From Callorhinchus milii (lineage: Eukaryota), in contig NW_024704743.1 in assembly GCF_018977255.1 (NCBI RefSeq), positions 25,360,001 to 25,424,000 on the forward strand: 64,000 bases of DNA, written 5' to 3'. A program made the translations under genes and the position numbers. The notes below the pieces were generated by a model that made no database searches, was not told the DNA's origin, and saw only the letters and a list, made by a program, of their open reading frames with translations. This document shows positions 61,813-64,000 of the stretch, in pieces (position 1 is the stretch's first letter; every line of letters begins with the position of its first letter).

Positions 61813-63459
61813 ACTAGTACTTTTTTGCTGTTGATTCATTATATCCTTATGGATTGGACAATAAACCAAGGTCCTGCCTGGCTGTTAACAATCCTGTGGC
61901 ACTATTTGAAAAGAGAAGGCAGTTTCTCACCATATCCTGGCCAACACTCCTCAATAGTTTAATTAGTCATTCACCTCATAGTTGTTTCTGAAATCTTGCA
62001 GTAAAGCTGCCACTTTTTCCAACAAAAACTACGCAGTGATTATTTGTGAAGTGCTTTGAGACATTTAAGTGTAATAAGGTGCTATAAAAAGTCAAGCTTT
62101 GGTTTTCTTCTACACATAACCCATTGAGTTTAATTTCTATCCTAACTACATCATTGTTGCTTCTACGGTAGTGACATCTGGGGAAATGATTTAACCATCA
62201 GTCCATTCTTTTGTAGCATTATGATGAAGTCAAGCTCCAACACCCACATTTGCAAGGATATTAATATAATGCAAGGATTATTAATATAACTCTATGTCAT
62301 TCAGATAGTAATAATAATAATCCCTGCATTTGATATAGTGTCTTTCACATCTTCGAGACGTCTCATGTGTCTTCAAGCCATTTGTTTTGCAGAACTTGGG
62401 GAGATCAGGCCCAAACTGATCACTTTCTAACACACCCAAAAAAACAAGTTTCACATGACAGGCAGAGTGCTTACTTTTTGCAGGAATGTAACTCCATTTA
62501 GTTGTTTTTGGTTATAACGTTCACAGCTGTGGATTTAATAGCTTTTGAAATGTCTGTAGTTATTTTCTTAAGATAACACCCATGACATTGACGTGTGATG
62601 ATGCTCAAATATGACATCGATTAATGCTGCACGACCTTTGATAAATGGAGGGACGCTCACTACGAGGACAATAAGTGCTGAATGTATTGCAAGAAAAAAA
62701 ACTCATGCAAATTAAATATTTTGCATCTCCTGGGGCTGCTTTTAAATTCACACAAAATAATGTTTCACTATCTCTCACTTTGGTTAACCAGTCATAACAG
62801 CATTTAATTACTTTTAATGACATTCTAACTTGCCTTCATTTTGGTCCAACACAATAGGCTTAAATTCAATCCAGGTTCATGCTGGCTTGGTTTGTTCGTA
62901 CTTTTGTCACTGAGTTAGAGGTTGTGAGTTCAAGTCGCGTGTAAGAGATTTTGAGCTCCCCCTTGGTTCACACTTACAGCTTGAGTGCCAAGCCAGCATT
63001 GTTAAGCACCTTAGGGCTTCTGACATGAAAGGTGATGTAAAAATGTAAATTTGTATGGTATTGTATAGTTTAGGCTGTAAATGTTTGAGGTTTTCAGCCA
63101 CTGCACCCCCACCTCTGTAATTCCCTGCCTTAATCACTCTGCTTCGCCCTCTTTAAATCCCACTTTAATACTTACCTCTTCAACTGCTTCATCCCCTTTT
63201 CCCTTGCTCAGCATACAACCCAGCCACTGTGTAGCGCTCAGAGATTCTATCCTGGGTGAAGCACACTATATAAATGCAAGTTGTTGTTGTGATAAGGCAA
63301 CAATATATAAATTGCAAGGATTATTGTTCACATCCTATGCAGAGAGATAAGTGCAAAACATATTGGTTAAAAATTCTGTTCATTGTTACGCATAACTCCT
63401 TTGGTGAGATAATACTAATTAATTTACATTTATATAGTGCCTTTACATTGACATAGTCA

Positions 63460-63970
63460 TAACTACCCTCCTTGGGGAGTAGGTAAGCTGTGTCTCCTTG
63501 GAGCAGAACTGTTGACATGCTCGGCAATGAAATGTTAGAATCGAGCCAAACCTCATTGGTGGTCTCTGTAGTCTGGTTCCTGAGCCAGGCGGGTCTGCAG
63601 TACTCCAGGGCACTACTGATAACAGCGCAGCCACCTGGCTCATCGGCAGGACTTGGAAGAGCAAACCAGTCACTGGGGGCAGGGAGTCTTCCCACTCAGC
63701 TCCTGTTAACCCTGCAAGCCAAAACCCTAACCGGCAGGGTGGTCCTTGATGAACAAGCAGTGGAAAAGCTTGCTAGACAGTATTTTCAATAGCAAGTTAT
63801 GAGGTTTTAAGCTAGTTAGACTCCATCAGTACCTCAACACACACTCTGGGGTCCTCAAGCCTTGGATCTTACCAACCAGTGTAGAATGCTCCCCAGAAAT
63901 TGGATAAGCAGGATTCTTAAGCATGGTGATGGGTTTCCATATGTGTCAGACACCCAGCTGATCAAAAAAA
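63460..63970. repeat. Unclassified interspersed repeat, copy g (same orientation as copy b)
   Basis: Ends GTGTCAGACACCCAGCTGATCAAAAAAA. Confidence 0.8.
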
Positions 63971-64000
63971 GAGAGAGGATGTCACAAAGCATTTGCGTGA

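Overview
Vertebrate genomic DNA. The repeat complement (Deu-type tRNA SINEs with L2 tails, many L2 and CR1 fragments, Penelope-derived termini) points to a cartilaginous fish, probably a chimaera such as Callorhinchus; this is an inference. The only convincing host coding sequence is one 182-bp + strand exon (12372-12553) encoding the bHLH domain of the aryl hydrocarbon receptor repressor (AHRR). The rest appears to be two large, repeat-rich AHRR introns, and I could not find the neighbouring exons by eye. Most notable: (1) a ~200-bp TSD-flanked hairpin element carrying a minimal type I hammerhead ribozyme motif in AHRR sense orientation, with a covarying second copy 1 kb away; (2) several templated-insertion or fold-back repair scars, including an exact 130-bp local copy; (3) a cluster of XRE motifs around a degenerate CA repeat; (4) an unclassified interspersed repeat present in seven copies; (5) mosaic SINE subfamilies and nested insertions. 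Repeat boundaries are approximate unless a TSD is quoted.
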